NCBI RefSeq assembly: GCF_009914755.1
Contig: NC_060941.1
Length of the DNA: 64,000 bases
Source of the DNA: the human T2T-CHM13v2.0 reference genome, Homo sapiens
Strand: one strand, 5' to 3'
How positions within the stretch are numbered: the first letter of the stretch is position 1; the number at the start of each line of letters is the position of its first letter. A program made the translations under genes and the position numbers. Below, piece after piece: positions 57,167 to 64,000 of this stretch. The notes under the pieces are model-generated. The model saw nothing but the letters and a program-made list of their open reading frames with translations. It was not told the origin of the DNA and made no database searches.

Positions 57167-57984
57167 TGGAATGTAAATTATTTGGTGAATGCAAAAGGGA
57201 ATGTTAAACCAGGACTTACAATGTCAAATGCCCTCAGGAGCCAGGCAGGTAGTGCTGCTGATGAAAGCAAACGGAGTCAGCAACAGGGAGGCTTGAGGAC
57301 TGGGGGAAATTTTGGTCTATGTCTTCCTGTTTGAATTGGGCTTCTGAATGCAAATTAAAAAATTTGACTCATGGCTGCTGAGACCTCTGGAAATGGCACT
57401 TTCCCAGAAGCAAAAGAGAGGAACCCTGGGATAAGCCTGGACAAGGGACACACGAGGAAGGACCTGGGAGGTGCTCACCTGCAGGTGGGGTGTGGTTGCT
57501 CAGCAGGTGAGCCTCCCCAGGAAGGTGTGCCCAAGTGGTAGTGAGGGTATGAGGAGAGGGCTGGAGACGGTGTTGTGGGCATAAACTCTTGGGGCTGTGT
57601 TTCTCCAACTTTAATGAGCGCATAGATCATCTGGGGATCTTGTCAAACTACAGATTCCAACCTAGCAGGCATGGAGTGAAGCCAAGATGATGCATTTCTA
57701 CCCAGTTCCCTGGTGATGCAAAGCAGCACTGAAGATAGGACCCAGGGTCTTAGGACTTAGGCTACCTGGAGCGAGGGAGGCTCCATCCAGGCCATATTTC
57801 CTTGTAATTAGAGTTTGTTCTGATTGTAAGGAAGAGCTTGTTGTTCTCATAGGAAGGGGGTGAAATATGAATTCAGAACTGGGGCGTGGGAGATAGAGGA
57901 CGGGGAACACAACTCTACTTAATTTAACGAAGATAAACTAAGTTTCTGCTCTGGAACTGTTTGCATTATAAAACCGACAGTGGG

Positions 57985-58460
57985 AGGGATAAGATCTCGG
58001 GTTCTGGAACCAGACTCCCTGGTTTGATTATGGGCTCTGCTGAGTGACCTTGAACAAGATATCGGACCTCTCTGAGCTTGAGAAAATAGGGCAAGAATAG
58101 AACCCCACACATTGTTAGTTATGGGGATTACATGAGTTACTCTCTGTAAAGCATTTAGAATAGAGCCTTACAAACCTTCGCTGTTCTCTAAATCTCATTC
58201 TGAATGAGACAGTGTGAGAGCACTTACGCTGTAGCTATCAGGCTGTGGAAATACAAGCAGAATAGTTAAGAACAACGGCTTTGATTTCAGACAGACCTGA
58301 GTTGAATCCAAGCTCTGTTACCTATTAGCTCTGTTACCTTGGGCAAGTCACTGAACCTCTCAGAGCCTCGGTTTCCTCATCTATAAAATGGGGGTAATCA
58401 TATTAGAAATGGGGCTTAACTAAGACAGTCCATGGGAAAGCACTTTGCCAACTGTAAAGT
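57985..58460 (+). mobile_element. Two MIRs (57985-58170, 58255-58460)
   Basis: ctggaaccagactccctgggtt-like start; ttaccttgggcaagtcactgaacctctcagagcctcggtttcctcatctataaaatgggg. Confidence 0.85.
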
Positions 58461-58534
58461 ACTGAACACATGCAAAGTGTTCGTGTGCAGTGGTTTTTCC
58501 CAAAGCAGCCCATTGAGTAGGCAGAGCTGCTTTT

Positions 58535-58828
58535 GGGAATGATGGCGGGGTTGTGACATGAGACTGTGTGATGGTTGGGAGTGATGGCGGGGTTGTGACA
58601 TGAGACTGTGTGATGGTTGGGAGTGATGGAGGGGTTCTGACATGAGACTCTGTGATGGTTGGGAGTGATGGAGGGGTTCTGACATGAGACTGTGTGATGG
58701 TTAGGAGTGATGGAGGGGTTCTGACATGAGACTGTGTGATGGTTGGGAGTGATGGAGGGGTTCTGACATGAGACTGTGTGATGGTTGGGAGTGATGGAGG
58801 GGTTCTGACATGAGGTTGTGTGATGGCT
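58535..58828. repeat. 42-bp minisatellite (VNTR), 7 copies
   Basis: Unit gggagtgatggaggggttctgacatgagactgtgtgatggtt. Confidence 0.97.
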
Positions 58829-59307
<479 letters not shown>

Positions 59308-60086
59308 CTATTGAGGCTGCCCAGGAACCAGCCCCTCTCCCTCCTGTCCCTCTGGCCAGCACTCTTTCCACAAAGAGAAGCCCCCGACCCTGAGCCGACC
59401 TGTTTTCTTTTTCTAACCTGATTTGAGCTAGCATTTTGCAAAGCTTCATTCTCTGGAGGCAAAAGTCCAACTTCTTATTCACCGTCAAAGGTGTAGAATC
59501 TGGGTCAGCAGAAAATGCTTTGTTTTTTTTCCTGAGGAGTGGGGTCAACGAACAGGTGTCAATACGACAAATTAGAAAGGAGGTCAGGGAGGGGCAGAGA
59601 CACACCATCTGCCTCCTGGCTTGGGACTGAGAAGGTGCTCCCATTCACAAACCTGCTCTAGCAAACCACTCTGTCCAGGGCGAGCAGGTCAGGCAGGTGA
59701 GAACTGATTGAGAACAGGCGAAAGGGCTGTGCTCCTGGAAGTGGGAGATTTGCATTCTGGGGCCGTGGAGGGCAGGGGGTGGGCGGCTGCAGGAAACCAA
59801 GCAAAGATCAGGGCTGGGCTGCCTGAGGACTGGGGCTAGACAGAGCAGAAGCCTGGGTGGAGCTGTCAGAAGGCAGAAGTGGGGAGAGCCATGGATTTTA
59901 CCTGGGTGGACTGAGGAGTCTCTCAGAGCAAGACATTTTCCCCCCAAGAAGGTATTACTCTCTTCCCACCCCCCACTCCCTGAAACACTTTTAATTCCAG
60001 TATAACTTGCAGAAAGTTCTGCACAAATCCTTAGTGTATAGCGCCATGCATTTTCACAGAGTTTACGCAAGTTTAACCAGGTTCTA

Positions 60087-60521
<435 letters not shown>

Positions 60522-60565
60522 TTATATAGATGGAATCAGAAGCATTTGCTCTTCTCTGTGCAGCC

Positions 60566-60875
60566 TTTTTTTTTTTTTTTTTTTTCTTTTTACAGAGTTT
60601 CTCTCTTGTTGCTCAGGCTGGAGTGCAATGGCGCTCTGCAATCTTGACTCACTGCAACTTCCACCTCCTGGGTTCAAGCGATTCTCCTGCCTCAGCCTCC
60701 CGAGTAGCTGGGATTACAGGCATGCACCACCACACCCGGCTAATTTTGTATTTTTAGTAGAGAAGGGGTTTCTCCATGTTGGCCGGGCTAGTCTTGAACT
60801 CCCAACCTCAGGTGATCCACCCTCCTTGGCCTATCAAAGCACTGGGGTTACAGGTGTGAGCCACCACGCCCGGCC
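60566..60875 (-). mobile_element. AluS (Sp/Sq-like)
   Basis: Full dimer; TSD tgtgcagc. Confidence 0.95.
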
Positions 60876-61296
60876 AGTGTGCAGCTTCTTTTGCTCAACC
60901 TTCTACCTGTGAGGTTCACCCAGGTTGCTGTGGTTTCTTCATTCTCACGGCAGGGTGGAGTATTCCATTGTGTGATGACACCACACATTATTTATCCATT
61001 TAACAGTTTCTAAGTGTCTGGGTGTCTTCCAGTTTGGGGCTATCATGGATAGGGCTGCAATGAACATTCATTCGGGTGGCTGTCTTTGGGTGAACACATG
61101 GATGCATTTCTGGTGGGGGTGGAGTTGCCCGGTCATAAGGTATGTGCATGTTCACCTTGAGTAGATACTGCATAGCAGCGCAGTCCACCCAAAGCGGGTA
61201 GACAAATTTGCAATGCCATTGGCAGTGTGATGGGAGACACAGAAAGAGAGAGTTATGCTCTAGTCCTCCCTCTAAGAGCGAATAGGCACTGAATAC

Positions 61297-61990
<694 letters not shown>

Positions 61991-62554
61991 AGGACTTTCT
62001 TTGTGCTGGGCTCTGTGCTTAGCTCATGCTTTATCTCACTGAATCCCCATATCAACCCTGTAGGGTAGGAACAATGGTGACCTCAGTGTTACAGGTGGAG
62101 GACTGAGCTTGGAGGTAAATGACTTGCCCAGGGTCAGAACACAGGCAGCAGCCTGAGCCAGGACTGGAACTCAGGGCTGCCTGTCCAGAGCCCTTGAACT
62201 GAACCGTCATGCCCACCTCACTCATCTGCTAGGTCGTTCATGGCCCACTCCCAGCCCCTGGTTATTTGAATAATGGCCGTATTAGGTTTTGCAGTTTAGT
62301 GTAAAGAAGGGAGAGTGTGCTTGGGAGGCAGAAGATCTGGGCTTGAATCCTGGGTTTTTGACCTCCTGCTGAGTAAATTTGGGCCCCACTGCTTAGATTT
62401 TATATGTCTCTATCTCCTCACCTACAAGGCCTTCGTCACAGGCTGATTCCGGATATCCAATGTGTTGATGTATGGGAGGTGCATTGTAAACTGTAAAGTG
62501 CTGGGCAGATGGTAATTGTTTCAGAGATTTCATGAGTCATGCTATGCATTTAGC

Positions 62555-62926
62555 ATGGGCTGAATTGTGTCCTCCTGCCCCCAGTTCGTTTGTCAGCAAT
62601 CTAACCCCTAATGTGATGGTATTTGGAGATGGGACCTTTGGGAGATAATTAGGGTTAGATGAGGTCATGTGAGTGGAGATCTGCTGTGACAGGATTAATG
62701 TTCTTATAACAAGAGACACCAGACAGCTGGCTCTCTCTTGCCTTGGGGGGATACAACAAGAGGACGGAATGTCTGCAAACCAGGAAGAGAGCCCTCACTG
62801 GGATGCAATTGGCTGGCACCTTAATCTTGGATTTTCCAGCCTCTAGAATTGTGCAAAATAAATGTCTGTTGTTGAAGCCACCTAGCCTTTGGTATTTTGC
62901 TATGGCAGCTTGAGCTGACGAAGACA
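62555..62926 (+). mobile_element. MaLR LTR MLT1A0
   Basis: atgggctgaattgtgtcc...taacccctaatgtgatggtatttggagatggg...tatggcagcttgagctgacgaagaca. Confidence 0.88.
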
Positions 62927-63410
62927 GCGTGCTGCCCCTCTTTCTCTTTGCAAAGCTTCATAGACATACATGGCCTATACACTGAAAAAACTCACATTCC
63001 TGAGGGGCTAACTGTTCGGTAGGTGTCAGTTCTGGGGCTGGGCTGGGTGACGGGTTCCTCCAGTGGAAAACATGCAGTAGCCATGTGTCTGCTCTGGGGC
63101 TGGTGTTTGGTGAAGGAAGCCGATGTTTCTTTTTCTTGTTTGTCTCATGCCAGGACTGTGAACTGCTCTTGTTGTGGAGACTCCAGGGTAGAAAGGAGAG
63201 GATGGGGTAGGGACCCAGGTACAGGAAAGGGACAGCAGAAGTGCTTTTCATTTGGTGCAGATGCTCAGAGAGGAAGGTTTTGCTGTTATCCCCATTTTAC
63301 AGCTGGGGGGACTCAAGCTCAGAGACTTACTCAACAATGCTTTACTAATATGTCATAGGAACCAGGACTGAAGCTGAAGGCCTCTGGATTTGGGGTCAGT
63401 TGATTACTTG

Positions 63411-63820
63411 GTATTAGTCTGGGTAGGCTAGATTATGCTGCAGTAACAAGCAACAACAACACCCAGATCTTTTGTTGTCTTACAGCGACACAACTTTTTC
63501 TCACTCATGCCACATCCATCCTAGTGGCTGGTGCTGCTGCCCCTTATCTCGTCACTCCGAGTCCAGGCCAGCAGAGTGGCCACCAACTCCAATATGGATG
63601 GATCTCCCAAGGGTCTCACACTGGCAATTCAATGCCCCAACCCAGAAGTGACGTTCATCATTTCCACTCAAATTCACTGACCGGAGTTAGTTATTGGCCA
63701 GAGTTAGTCTAGTTATTCTAGCTCCCCAGCTGAATGCACAGGGGGCTAGAATATTCACCCTGGTGTGCCCAGCAGGCAGAGGGGGCAAGTATTATGGGGG
63801 CAGCATTAATGCCCATGTCA
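63411..63820 (-). mobile_element. MaLR LTR MLT1K/L-like
   Basis: gtattagtctgggtaggctagattatgctgcagtaacaa...cccagaagtgacgttcatcatttccactca. Confidence 0.78.
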
Positions 63821-64000
63821 GAATGCATGCGTGCATGCATGAATGAATGCACTTAGAATCTCCATCTGAGTTTAGTGGTTATTGACGGACCCAGGAAAAG
63901 ACAGCATAGACTTGCAACTGCTCCACTTTAAGGGCATTGGAACTCCTTGGGTCCTAATAATAGGTTTAAGCATCTTGAAAATGTATGCGTGTTTTTTCCT

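Overview
Primate (human-like) genomic DNA that is gene-poor and heavily repeat-derived. It holds about 27 Alus, many MIR and L2 remnants, old L1M fragments, one 5'-truncated L1PA, MaLR/ERVL/ERV1 LTRs, hAT DNA transposons, microsatellites and a 42-bp minisatellite. I find no intact protein-coding gene, tRNA or rRNA. Nearly all listed ORFs are Alu, simple-repeat or LTR artefacts; 50750-50992 is the L1 ORF2p C-terminus. Three things stand out. (1) A candidate decayed multi-exon gene on the minus strand: a 42-nt ATG exon (18637-18596) joins in phase to a 1483-nt single-frame exon (16665-15183) with 10 stops, and weaker exons may lie further downstream. (2) A ~600-bp inverted duplication (12315-12920 / 14532-15276) around a 1.6-kb spacer, with a ~98%-identical core suggesting gene conversion or inversion. 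(3) Both arms carry an APOA4-like coding fragment inside an LTR41-type element. Repeat family names come from recalled consensus sequences rather than a search, and boundaries are approximate.
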